Shown one piece after another: positions 13,933-26,618 of a DNA stretch of 64,000 nt. The notes under the pieces are model-generated. The model searched no databases. It was not told the DNA's origin and saw only the letters and a program-made list of their open reading frames with translations. How positions within the stretch are numbered: the first letter of the stretch is position 1; every line of letters starts with the position of its first letter. Source of the stretch: Podarcis cretensis (lineage: Eukaryota); NCBI GenBank assembly GCA_951804945.1, contig OX638152.1, forward strand, positions 52,576,001 through 52,640,000. The letters are read 5' to 3'. A program made the translations under genes and the position numbers.

Positions 13933-14475
13933 AGGTTACAGGGTGGTGCTGTGGGTTAAACCACAGAGCCTAGGGCTTGCCGATCAGAAGGCCAGAATTT
14001 TGAATCCCCGTGACTGGGTGCAGTGGCGTAGCGTGGGTTGTCAGCACCCGGGGCAAGGCAAGTAATTTGCGCCCCCTAACCCGTGGATTTGCGCCCCCTA
14101 ACCCGTGGATTTGCGCCCCCTAACCCGTGGATTTGCCCTAACCCCAGATGTTGCGCCCGGTGCGGCCGGCCCCCCCTGCACCCCCCACGCTACGCCACTG
14201 ACTGGGTGAGCTCCCATTGCTCGGTCCCTGCTCCTGCCAACCTAGCAGTTTGAAAGCATGCAGTGCAAGTAGATAAATAGGTACCACTCTGGCGGGTAGG
14301 TAAATGGCATTTCTGTGTGCTGCTCTGGTTCACCAGAAGTGGCTTAGTCATGCTGGCCACATGACCCAGAAGCTGTACGCCGGCTCCCCCAGCCAATAAA
14401 GGGAGATGAGCGCTGCAATCCCAGAGTTGTTCACGACTGGACCTAACGGTCAGGGGTCCCTTTACCCTTTACCTT
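13933..14475 (+). mobile_element. Sauria SINE (more diverged type) interrupted by a MITE
   Basis: Head GGTGGTGCTGTGGGTTAAA, body resumes after 14208, ACCTTT tail, flanking repeat TAACCCTT. Confidence 0.82.
14021..14200. mobile_element. hAT-type MITE (180 bp) nested in SINE
   Basis: 17-bp TIR CAGTGGCGTAGCGTGGG / CCCACGCTACGCCACTG, 8-bp TSD ACTGGGTG, internal 22-bp tandem repeat x3. Confidence 0.87.
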
Positions 14476-14711
14476 TAACCCTTTCTTAATATACCGATTG
14501 ACTGTAGAAACCCCATCTGCTCTACAAATTCTTCTGTTTCCTGTTTCTACAATAATAAAGCTCTAGATTTCACAATATAATGTATAGAATATTGCACAGA
14601 ATATCATGTGATTATTATTTTGGATACAAGAATAATGTATGTGGTCAGTGTACAATGTATAGAAAAAGAGTTATTAATGTGGCTTAGTGTTAGACATGAC
14701 CTTTCAACTTA

Positions 14712-15002
<291 letters not shown>

Positions 15003-15482
15003 TCAAGCGTACTGACACAAATAAGATTCATTTGCTCATAACTGTAAGCACTGATAAAATTTAAATGAAAAATAACTTTCTCATTGAAGCTCAATGGGGA
15101 GGAAATACAGCATCATTCAAACTATGTTAATTTCATAGTAATAATTCAGAATGTGTGGTGCAGTGATGCCTTGAAGAAGCATGAAAACGGTTATAGCCTT
15201 TTTCCATAGGACTTTCAGACTGACACTTTCACAGCAAAACTTTCATGTGGGAAATACAAATGTACCACTGCAGATAATCTTGGCATCATGTGGTTGTGGC
15301 TACAATGGGCCCACCCATGCTTCCAAGAGAAATGGTGCACATATTAGACGTCTCCATGTCTAGATCATAATAGCTAGACTATGCATTGTGCTCACCACAT
15401 GAGAAATGGGCTGGCTCTGCTTGTTGAGAACTTTGAAGACTCCCTGCTGCTAAAGACAGCTGCTGGGGATTATACCCTAGAG

Positions 15483-15762
15483 CAGTGTTTCCCAACCTTG
15501 GGCCTCCAGCTGTTTTTGAACTACAATTCCCATCATCCCTGACCACTGGTCTTGCTAGCTAGGGATGATGGGAGTTGTAGGCCAAAAGCATCTGGAGGCC
15601 CAAGGTTGGGAAACACTACCCTAGAGCAGTGTTTCCCAACCCTGGGTCTCCAGCTGCTTTTGGACTACAATTCCCATCATTCCTGACCACTGGTCTTGCT
15701 AGCTAGGGATGATGGGAGTTGTAGTGCAAAAACAGCTGGAGAACCAAGGTTGGGAAACATTG
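15483..15762. mobile_element. Two tandem 136-bp palindromic hAT (Charlie-like) MITEs
   Basis: Copies 15483-15618 and 15627-15762, TIR CAGTGTTTCCCAACC, CCCTAGAG three times (15475, 15619, 15763). Confidence 0.85.
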
Positions 15763-16169
15763 CCCTAGAGGACCAAAGTGGCAAGATAAACAGATACAGT
15801 GGACCAATCAATGTATGAAGAAAAAGTAGTCATAAGTTTTCACTTCCTTGTGATCTATCCAGCTTTCTTTGGCTGTTGACACGGAGCCTTCAAAGTTTTT
15901 ATAAGATGCAGCTAAACTGCTTACCACATGGTGAAGAAAATTTGGCTCTTGTAGGAAAAAACTGTTCTTATACAGAAACTGATAACCATACTCTTTCCTG
16001 AGTATATGTATATATAGTATACACTTTCCCATTCTAATTCTTCTTGCATTTCAAATGATTATTCTATCTATTATTTTTTTTTAAAAAAAGGCTGAGTGGC
16101 CTGCTAGTTTAAATATATGTATCCAGCTATTGCTGGTTGACAAGCATGAAGAAGTTGATTCCATCTTAC

Positions 16170-16373
16170 GTGATCGATGAGTTCTTTGACCATCCCATTC
16201 CATTCTCCTTTGTCATTCTGGGCTCCATATTTCCCATCAGACACTAGCTTCACTTCATAGATGAAGCCTAAAATATTTGATAACTCCTTCAACAAATCCA
16301 AGCAGTACCCTTCAAATCTGTCGTTGCCATAAAGGGGTTTGTCAGATTTCTTGTACATGACATACGGATCTTC
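16170..16373 (-). CDS. GRIK1: GRIK1 exon 11 (204 nt), ligand-binding S1
   Basis: catgcAG|GAA GAT CCG ... GAT CAC|GTaag; [68 protein letters not shown]. Confidence 0.97.
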
Positions 16374-16863
16374 CTGCATGAAAAGACACAAGGCATGTCT
16401 CAGAAATTGTTCTTCTTAAGTACATCTGTGATTGATAAAATACAGGAAAGGCTTAATTGCTTGATAAAATTGTACATGGACTACTTAAGAATAATAAATA
16501 CGATATAAAGAATGGCACAGTAGCATAAAACTATGGCAGAGCCAAAAGTCTAGAATACATTTTTAGTGAAGAAACTAAAATGTTTCCCAATGATCCCTGA
16601 AAAGTTCACATTTGTTTGTTTGTTTGTTTGTTTGTTTATAGCAATTATTAGCTGCTCCTCACCTTCTGTAGCAGATTTATGGGGTGTGGAGGGAGAGGGT
16701 AGGATGGGAAAGTTCCCCTGCTAAAGCTTCTTAAGGCTGAAAACACCCACCCCTTTCATGAATGAACAAAAATGTGTAGTGATTAAGTAAGTGGTTAGTA
16801 AGGCAACGTGAATTAACCAAAGATAATACACACAGTGTAGCAACAACGCATGCCAAAACTTAC

Positions 16864-16977
16864 CAAAATAGTGGTGACTATGAGCGTTCGGTTCGCCAGC
16901 GAATCAGTGATATTGGTAGATCTGTCTTTATTGCTGTCAGTCATATTAAGGCCACTGTTTGAGTTCCAAAGCCCAAT
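16864..16977 (-). CDS. GRIK1: GRIK1 exon 10 (114 nt), ATD-LBD linker and start of S1
   Basis: ctatgtAG|ATT GGG CTT TGG ... ATT TTG|GTaag; [38 protein letters not shown]; not in the ORF track. Confidence 0.95.
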
Positions 16978-17841
16978 CTACATAGAACAAATTAGATAAA
17001 TGGCTGCCAACCTTCATTAATTGTGTTAAGGAAAGGATAGTTCATATAAAAAAATGCAATTGTCAGTTCTGCCCAAGAATATTTTTTTTTAGGCCATACT
17101 GTACAGCAATTGAGCAATAAACAAGTTGTATAGGATATTAAAGGAGCAGACCAGCTGCATTTTAAAGTAACAGATCTGTAATAAATGATGGATTATGAGT
17201 ACTGTTAGTAGAGGGGAACACATTGCTCATTAAAAAGCAGGCTGAGATGGCCTAGTCATAAGAGTGTTACATTAGTTATGTATAAAAATATTAAAAATAC
17301 ATAGTTTTGTTTAAGCAAACCAGCCTGCATTGTGGAACACCTAGATTTCTGTTCTAAATGTCTAGTTCATAGTTGTTGTTTTTGTAAAGGTGAAGTGGAA
17401 ACGTAAGAAAACATTTCCTTTCTAATCCATCAGTTTATAGAATATGCTGAAATAGGCTGCTATATTCACTGGCCCTTCTCTTCTGTTGAAACCTGCTGAA
17501 GGTACAGATTTATTTTAGTTACTTTGTGACTATTGTATATGACAGAACCAATAAAATGACCCACTGATCAGTGATAGCTCAGAAAATTAAAACAAAAGAG
17601 GCAGGGAAATCTGGCCTTGGCCTTTTTTCCAAACCCAAGAGCATTTTGTAACAAGACGACTTTTAGGTGCTTTAGGCCTATGTATTCAGGAGGCAGATTT
17701 CTTATTTCAGTGGAATTTGAAATCCCATCTAGTGGCATGCATGTAAACTGCAAAGCAAACAATAACATACTTGTAAAATCAACTGTGCATGAATTCAATT
17801 TTTCACCCCCTTAGGCTTTAATGGAATTGCAGGGGAAGAAA

Positions 17842-18216
17842 GGTGGGACGCAGGTGGCGCTGTGGGTTAAAGCCTCAGCGCCTAGGGCTTGCCGATCGAA
17901 AGGTCGGCGGTTCGAATCCCTGCAGCGGGGTGCGCTCCCGCTACTCGGTCCCAGCGCCTGCCAACCTAGCAGTTCGAAAGCACCTCCGGGTGCAAGTAGA
18001 TAAATAGGGACCGCTTACCAGCGGGAAGGTAAACGGCGTTTCCGTGTGCGGCTCTGGCTCTGGCTCTGGCCAGAGCAGCGATGTCACGCTGGCCACGTGA
18101 CCCGGAAGTGTCTCCGGACAGCGCTGGCCCCTGGCCTCTTAAGTGAGATGGGCGCACAACCCCAGAGTCTGTCAAGACTGGCCCGTACGGGCAGGGGTAC
18201 CTTTACCTTTACCTTT
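17842..18216 (+). mobile_element. Sauria SINE, full length, young
   Basis: tRNA-like head (GGTGGCGCTGTGGGTTAAA...GGTTCGAATCCC), (ACCTTT)n tail, TSD AGGGGAAGAAA at 17831-17841 and 18217-18227, many intact CpGs. Confidence 0.88.
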
Positions 18217-20804
18217 AGGGGAAGAAAAATAGCTATCAATGACCAGTGTGAAACAACCAAGAATAGGGCCAAAGCAGATGTGTTGATTGCACAAATCCAC
18301 ATGTTTGTGGATTTGGGGGGTGGGGGTGGGACTGCAGGTCAGAGAGAATAAGTTTAATCCTTCTCCTCCACTATCTACATCATTGGTGCTAAGACTTCCC
18401 TGTCAATGCAAATAGCTCACATAGTCTCAAAGGATGCTTTGATCCCCTGTACCTGTCATCTGCATTACAAAAAATGGACATATTAAATGTATTCCTGCAA
18501 CTGGCATTTACTTGAATGGAGAGGGTGTTTCTGCTTCTAAGGTGAAACTGTGAAGCACCCTTGTTATTTTTGCTAATAGATGCTGCATGTTTCTAAAGTA
18601 ATCTTGTTATACTGTACATATAATATTGACATGTGGTTTTGTTGTTATTTTTGTTTTGCTGTGTTTTTGTGAAATTGTTTTTGTAGCGTTTGTTTGAAAT
18701 GCATCCCTATTTCTTTATTGTAAGCCGCTTTGAGCATGAGTTATTTGTGGAAAAGCAGCATACAAATAAAATTAATGAATGAATGAAAGAATGAAAGAAA
18801 GTGAAATACACCAGCTAGGTAGCATTTATATTAGTACATACTTAATACATATCTGGATTTCTTGATGCTTCATCCAGTGAAATTTGGACAGATTGCTTTC
18901 TAAGACCACTTGATAATATTGTATACCAAGACTGCCAGATAAGATGCTATCTGTCTGAATCTGTGTCTTGCTGATCTTATATATACCATTGGTCACCATT
19001 AGAACTTCTACAATGACCATTATTTTAGTGGTCTCACCAGTAAAACCACATTTGGGGCATCTGTGACTTGTATCAGGGTCTAAAAGTTTAGATCTTCAGA
19101 TCCAGCCCAATGAATGCTTCACACTCACACAACTCAAATAGCAGCAGAAACACACAAGCTCTACTAGTGATCTATCAGATTCTGTCAATCTCCTTCCAGA
19201 TTTCAGTCCTGATCCATCAGATCTGTTCCATTCTGCCAATGATCTGTCAGTGATCTATTATGCTTTTCTCATGACCCAGTAGATTTAATTCAGCGTGGAT
19301 GGGCAGTATTTTTGAAATCAGAAATTGGCAAGACGCCATTATCTGTCAGTTGTCAATATTGACTTTGGCAAGATAATTTCAAATTAGGGCCTCTCTGAAT
19401 TTAAGATCCATCAGCGTCTTTGGGTTGATTCTTCAGTGATGTTTAGTGGAATGTGTGAACTGCCTCTCTGAAACGTATTGTACTTGAGGTAATAAGTACA
19501 ATACTTAATTGTTATTTGAGCTGTTATAGATATTTCAGGTATGCAAGGCATTATAGGAAAGTGCTATACTATAGATGAAATAATAAAAAAATCATGTCTT
19601 CAGTGGGTGAAAACCTGCAGGCTATCCTTAGCTTTCTTAGGAAATTACTTTGTTTTTACTGCCTCAGCCTGCTGATACCTCATTCCTGCTTTAATTTTCA
19701 TGATTAAAGCTATATTCTTGTGTTGTGCTCAAAATTAAGGGCCATTTTTGGGTTGTTTGTTTGTTTGTTTCAGTATTCTGGGGCTGATTGTCAGCATCAA
19801 CATGAAACAAACTATCTAATCCTGTTCTTTGCTTCTGTTTGTTTGGAATAGCACTGCTATATTTTTATTTTCTCACTATAAGCTTTTTTTCATTCACTTT
19901 CAGAGGGAATCAATTCAGTGGTATTGATTCTAAAATAAATGAAATACTTGTATAATAATGTAGGTTTGCCGGGAGTGAGGGAAGATACACTATTCATAGA
20001 TTCAGATTTTTTTCTTTGCAGTCTTTGCAATAAAGTCATAACTGTAAGGAACTACTGTGTATTAAGTCAGACCAATGAGCCATGTTGTCCGATGCTGTCT
20101 ATCACTCTGCAGCAATTCTCAAATCTCGGGCAAAGCTTTTTCCCAGCCCTGCAACCTGATAGGTTGTGGCTGAAGATAGCAGAGGTTGAACTACAGGTTA
20201 TACATGTAAAATGTGTGTGCTACCACAAACCACTGTCCTGTAGGTTTCCTGATGTACTTACACTGTGTGGAATTGTTGACAATGGGAAATTGTAACACAT
20301 TCATACCAAAAAATAATTAAAAATGGAACAATACAGTCACAAAACTTACAGAATACAATATATACACTGTACATTAGCATCAAAGGAATGAGAATGTAGG
20401 CCAACCTTACAGTTATGGGAAAGGTCAGGAGGGCATTGAAGGAACGAGACCAAAGTACCACAGCACTAGGGTGAATTCAGGAGATTTATTGCAGTTTAGT
20501 GACAAGTTTAAAGCATAAAATATGACAAATAGTGTCCAGTGCATTTTTTAAATTCATTAGAATTTGGATTAAATTAATTCAGCATAATAACTTGAACTAC
20601 CAACAATGAAAAGAGGGGACGAAAGCCCACATAGATTTGTTACAATATGTCAGTTCATGACACATTAGTTGATGAGAAAAATTGGTTGTTAAAAAATCTT
20701 TGACTAGTTTACTGCTTATTAAAATATGTTTAATAATTAGGCATTTTATTAGGTTATAATGAGATTGATGAGAAGCTGTAACTAATAATACTGTGCCTGG
20801 AGTT

Positions 20805-20857
<53 letters not shown>
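20805..20857. repeat. (AGAT)n microsatellite
   Basis: Direct read. Confidence 0.95.
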
Positions 20858-20858
<1 letters not shown>

Positions 20859-20930
20859 TTATTGCTGCAAGATATATAACCATTATCCTAGGTTTAATTG
20901 TGGCATTTACATGGAAGTAAGCTTTCTCAA

Positions 20931-21296
20931 GGGGGACGCAGGTGGCGCTGTGGGTTAAAGCCTCAGCGCCTAGGACTTGCCGATCGAAAGGTCGGCGGTT
21001 CGAATCCCTGCGGCGGGGTGCGCTCCCGCTGCTCGGTCCCAGCGCCTGCCAACCTAGCAGTTCGAAAGCACCTCCGGGTGCAAGTAGATAAATAGGGACC
21101 GCTTACCAGCGGGAAGGTAAACGGCGTTTCCGTGTGCGGCTCTGGCTCGCCAGAGCAGCGATGTCACGCTGGCCACGTGACCCGGAAGTGTCTGCGGACA
21201 GCGCTGGCCCCTGGCCTCTTAAGTGAGATGGGCGCACAACCCCAGAGTCTGTCAAGACTGGCCCGTACGGGCAGGGGTACCTTTACCTTTACCTTT
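20931..21296 (+). mobile_element. Sauria SINE, full length, young
   Basis: Almost identical to the 17842 copy; TSD TAAGCTTTCTCAA at 20918-20930 and 21296-21308. Confidence 0.88.
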
Positions 21297-21904
21297 AAGC
21301 TTTCTCAAAATAAATTGAAAGTACTTCTATATCATATGTTTTGGACTAGGGCGTAACATCTAGATAGTGTTTAAAACTTGGTCCTAGTTTTGTACACTTT
21401 GCCATCAGATACAATGGAAAGGTAATCAGCATTTCAGACTCCCATAATATGATCTCATTATTCAGTAGAAAAAGACTATTATTGTAAAGAAATTCTTAAA
21501 ACAGGCTTCCTCAACCTCGGCCCTCCAGATGTTTTATTTTTCCAGTATCACTGCAAAATATTAAGGCTGCAATCCAGCTGCCTTGTTACTTGTGTATAAA
21601 TCCCACAGGGTCTTGAAATGAGCATTGCTAAATGCAGGATTGCACCCTAAAGTGAAAGCTGTTACATATAATACTGACTCCTCAGCGGATTGTGGCCAAA
21701 ACTCACTGTGACTTCAGCACTCTACAACTGGATAGAGAAAATGTAGTGGTTAATCAAAAATCTATACTACATAGCATAGTTTATTCTAAGACCGACTTTT
21801 ATTGTCTCTAAACTGCAATTGGAGACCATTTGTCAAAACCCTAAGGAAGAGTTTTTTTCAGACTCAACCTGTAGGTTTCTTACATCATCTGTCTATATAC
21901 AAAC

Positions 21905-21949
21905 CTTCTTCCATACTTTATATAAATTATTAGTAGCTTCACCAGCAGC
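21905..21949 (-). CDS. GRIK1: GRIK1 alternative exon 9 (45 nt), GluK1-1 15-aa ATD splice insert
   Basis: ttctaaattaAG|GCT GCT GGT GAA GCT ACT AAT AAT TTA TAT AAA GTA TGG AAG AAG|GTttgt = AAGEATNNLYKVWKK; phase 0-0 between exons 8 and 10; similar to the mammalian insert A(S/A)GEVSKHLYKVWKK. Confidence 0.92.
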
Positions 21950-24673
21950 CTTAATTTAGAAAAGAACAGAAAGGGACACAAAACAGTTCTTCAGTCAAAA
22001 TATAAAGCAAATCTGTATGTTTTACATAGTCTTAGCATTTTCATTTCAATCTTATCATAGCATGTACACTTACAGAACCACTTACTGTAGGATTGAGACA
22101 TTGTTGTGTTTAGTAATTGGTAGTACTGACCTTTCATTTAACTAAATTAGAAAATTTACTCATGTTAGAATGAATTCAGTGCCTCATCTCTTCTCTCTAC
22201 ACCCCTGATTAAATAAATGAATAAATCTAATGCATATTTTGCTTGTGGATAACAGTGTGAATTTCCCACACTGAGTCCCAGCATCTCCCCCCGCCCCGTC
22301 CAAAAACAGACCAGTTCCATATTATATAAAGAGGCTTGTTAATCCATAATTTAGTCAGTAGTAGATGAGTTTGAATGGGGGTCACACAACACGTAGATTT
22401 AATAGATTTGCAGCTGCTTTTGTAAAGCGGAATCAAGTTTTCTGGATTGGAGTAGTTTTACATTGCTCTTCTAGTGAAAAAAAACCCACCGGCTTCTCAA
22501 GACATGTTATTAAGAAAGGCAGGCTATTTATGTTTCATCTTGTGTAACAAATAGAGGGTTTAGATAGCTCTATTGTTTATAGGCTTCTCAAGGCTGTCTT
22601 GATAAAATATGACTGTGCCTGACCTTTTCGCTTGGGTGTGATGTCTAAATCAAAAGCTGACTGAAAGCAGTATGAACAGAATATATATGACATGATCTTT
22701 GCTTATGTAGATATAGCCCCTGCAGGTGAAAGAATCTCCATAGGGCTTAACAGAGCCCTGTTTTCATCCCTTCCTCCCCTCAATGCGGGCAGAAAGGCAT
22801 GCCAACATGTCAGGGCACTCTGGGAAATGGGATTTTTGTGTGTTGTCGCCTATCACCATTGCAGCTATTTCCTTCTGTTCAGTTATTAAAACGCCAGAGA
22901 TAACGTGCTTGTGTGTACCTCTGTGCACATACTGGAGTGGGGGGCAGGACTCTGTAAAGCTCTTCATGCAGGTAATTGAGCCCCCATGGGGAAATATCAT
23001 ATCCATAGTTCTCAAAGAATGCAGTGTTCGCAAGGCAGGTGGACAGACATGGGCAATTAAGAATGGGGTAGAAAATGTTAACAAGTGCTACTCTATTAAT
23101 AAACGTGAAGTGGCTTTGCTGTGACAATGCCTTTGGCCAACATACACTTGCCTGTGAGTAATTCCCTCTGTGTAAGAAAGGCACATGTGTACAGCTGTTT
23201 GGCTATGGTGAGAAAAGGACAGTCATCTGACTGTAGGTGTTATCAGACATAGTTTGCTTGCATCAGATGCTGTCTTCTGCATGCAGAGAAATAGAGCTCT
23301 TCCTACTCTCAGTAGAGCATGAGACTCTTAATATGGTTTGTGACATTCCTGCATTGCAGGTGGTTGGACTAGATGACCCTTGGGGTCCCTTCCAGCTTCT
23401 GTACTCAGAGGTCCATACATTTTCTCTGGCCTTGACAGGTGTGGTCTTGCCTCTCATCTTGTACAGCACCTCCGGAACTCAGTACAAGGCCAAGGACAAT
23501 TCCCTGCTCCCATCCCCAGCTCTAAGCATTGTGAATCCTTGCCCTATCTTCACAACATTTCCCCACATTGTGGAATCCCACAGCTGCCTTTGCATACAGA
23601 AAGTGTATCAATAGAACTGTCAGATGTGCAGCAGGACACTTGTGCATGTGGATCTGCAGTGTGTGGAGGAGATGACTAGGTTGGGGCAATAATCATTGCT
23701 TCACTTATACTGAAAAAGACAAAACATAGCTAAAACAGGGCGGAGGGTTACTGCAAAAAGAAGTACTACCGTTCTTTACCGAATATGTATACTATAATCC
23801 TCAATACATTTATTTTCGAGAAATTGCATTAGAACAGTAGGACTGGTAAGCAGTAAACTATATACAAGCTGGTTTTCAGCGTCCGTGCATGTATGAAGAT
23901 CCAAGAGTGTGTGTATATTTTCCCATAGTGTACCATCCAATTCACTTATTTCAGTAGGAATACAAATCAGTTTTTTCTTTGTTAAGATTAGAGTTTAGGG
24001 TTGGTGCTATGAATGTTACTTTGTATAGCTGAAAAAATATTTCGGATATAAAATGATGACATTAGACATAATTCAAAGACGATCGGATGTGGAGAGTAGA
24101 AACAGGGACCCTTGTATCTATCAGTGTGCATGTGCATTAGTGGAAGTGGAATTCATACAGCCCTGTAAAATAAGCTGCTATGCTGCCAATCAACTGTTTG
24201 GTAGGGAGACCAGAATGTGGGATAAACTGTTTATCACCATGTTTGCAGCATACTCTGTAGGGCTTTATGCATTGCACTCTGCTACTAATTGCACAGGTAG
24301 GTGGCTTCTAATTAGGTTAGGGTATTATATCTAGGTTGTTACTTGGAAATTATTACGAGCTATAAGAGGTAAATAAAAACTGAACTAGCAGCTTTTGAAC
24401 TACCCACTTTTATTTGCTTCTATTAAGTGTGTAGGCTTCAGGATAATGCTGTCAATTGGCACACCACAAGGATGTCTGGTTAAACAAACTTCATTGAAAT
24501 GATTGAGAGATGCATACAAGAAGAAAAATGCTCATACTTTATATTAATTTCAGTGAGATTTGTACAGCAAGGTGCCCAATATTCATTGTTCCTTCTGCCT
24601 TTGAATATATAAAAATCTTGCTGTCTGCACCGTCTGGCTCACAGCATGCACACAGTGGTACCAAACTGGTTAC

Positions 24674-24781
24674 CTTTTCTGTTCCTTCCTCCTTGAGGCT
24701 AATAATATCCAAATCGAAATCCTTTCTTAAGCCATCTGTTTTGTTGAAAGTAATTCGCCCTGTCAAACCATCCCAACGAGC
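24674..24781 (-). CDS. GRIK1: GRIK1 exon 8 (108 nt), ATD
   Basis: (tc)n-tAG|GCT CGT TGG ... GAA AAG|GTaac; [36 protein letters not shown]; the polypyrimidine tract is a TC repeat. Confidence 0.96.
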
Positions 24782-26560
24782 CTAGAGAGAGAGAGAGATA
24801 TATAATGTGTAGCCTCAACTTTTCAAGCCCATGAAAAATAATTGTGCATAATCTCTCTTTCTTAATAGAATTCCTTTCAAAAACACTCCAAACAAAACAA
24901 TCTTCTTTTTATTGATTTTCTGATTTTATTCAACTCAATGCATTATCAATAGTTCTATGATTAGGACAGAAAACAACACGTGCATGGAACTTGGGGAACA
25001 TCCCCAAGGTACATTATCCATCAACAACATTCAAACCAAAAATAATTCATGGGGTTGCAGAGTTTTGAGCTGTCATATGTCCTGGTCTCAGGCCAATCTT
25101 TGCACTCTTGGAATTACAAAAATTAACAGAGATGCCATTCTGATAGGCATTAACCCAATTTATTACACAAAGAAACCCTATCAGTCGGCATCTACAAACC
25201 ACTTTTCTGCTTTCAGGGAATAAGCAAGAATGACTAAATTTAGTGGAAACACTGTGCTAAAGAATCTATTTTTCACTGTGACCCCTGGCTCTATTCCAGA
25301 GGACACACTGTATGTCTCGTAGAGCTGGCCCAGATCCAACACATTTTAACCAAAATACAAGGGAGTAAGTGTGCGCAGCTAGGGTAGTTTACTGAAAACT
25401 GCAGTGTGTCCATGTAAGGAACTAAAGAGAGCAAGGAAATGAAATCAGAACTTTTGCAAAAAAGTTTTGTTGAGGATTGAGTGGTTAACTAATGGAGGCA
25501 GATACTTGGGCTGAGCTCTGGCATTAATATAACCCTTGTTGGGAGCACATAATGGAGAATTTGCCTATGAAGGGGTGGACAGAGGGAAGAGAATTGTGAA
25601 AATCAAATGCATTGTTGTGAGAAGTTGTAGAAAGGTGGAGGAGGGAAAGACAGGAATGGAGTTTTGTGGGCGATTTACTTTGTTTATTTAAAAAAATTCT
25701 GCCTCAACTTTCCACCCAAATTTGCTTTTAAGGTGACTTACAAAGTCCAGAAGAAAACCATGCACACACACAAAACAATTACAAAATCAATTGACAAATT
25801 AGATAGCACTTAAAGCAATTAAAACAATCCAATACTGATTAACCAAAAGAGTCAAAGAAAGAGAAACATTAAGACCTAAGATATAAATCAGCCAAACTAA
25901 CAGAAACAAAAAGAGCAGTAAAAATCACTTTTAACTGTCAAACCTCAGGTAAACAAGATGGATTTCTCCTAGTGCCTAAAAGAAGATGCTAGGTGAATAT
26001 AACTCAGGGGAGAGTTCCATTATATGGTGCAACCACAAAAAACATGGTTGTGTGTTCTCTTGTTACACAGCACACTAACTAATGTGGTAGCATAAAACAT
26101 ACTTAACAGTTCCTTTCTTTTACTGGGAGTAATGAAATGATTAATTTGGTAGTTGGGCATAAAGGCTACAACCAACATTTTTGGTTCTTGTTGTCCCCAC
26201 ACAAACATATACCTCTTTTAGCCTCATCTGCTATGAATAACTGCATCACTGTTGAGAGTTAAATAATATATGTGATAGTCTGAGTCAAAGGTAACAGCTT
26301 TGCCTTATGATGCTGTTAAGAAAAAGCTGGCAGAGGTGGACTTGTATGCAGGCTCCAGACCTACCACTGGGCAGACTAAGGAGACTGCTTCAGGCACCTG
26401 ATTTGGGACTTTATAAAAGGACAAGAAATGGTTAGCTACTTACATTATTATAGTTGTATTTTTATTGCCAAGAAGGGGAAGAAAGGTGTTTGTGAAGTTT
26501 CTGCGTCAATGTCAAAATAAATTAATTGACCAGGCACTCGCTACAGCCAGGTCTCTTGGA

Positions 26561-26562
26561 GT

Positions 26563-26612
<50 letters not shown>
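26561..26612. repeat. (GT)n(GA)n compound microsatellite
   Basis: Direct read. Confidence 0.95.

Positions 26613-26618
<6 letters not shown>

Noticed and set aside
14065-14140. Regular 22-bp repeats that superficially resemble a CRISPR or telomeric array
   Set aside because: No spacers, eukaryotic context, and internal to a MITE
17845-17920. tRNA-like sequence with A/B boxes (also at 20931 and about 35700)
   Set aside because: SINE heads, not tRNA genes
22692-23679. Several 100-125-aa overlapping ORFs in intron 8
   Set aside because: No homology recognised; partly overlap a CR1-type 3' end at about 23330-23410
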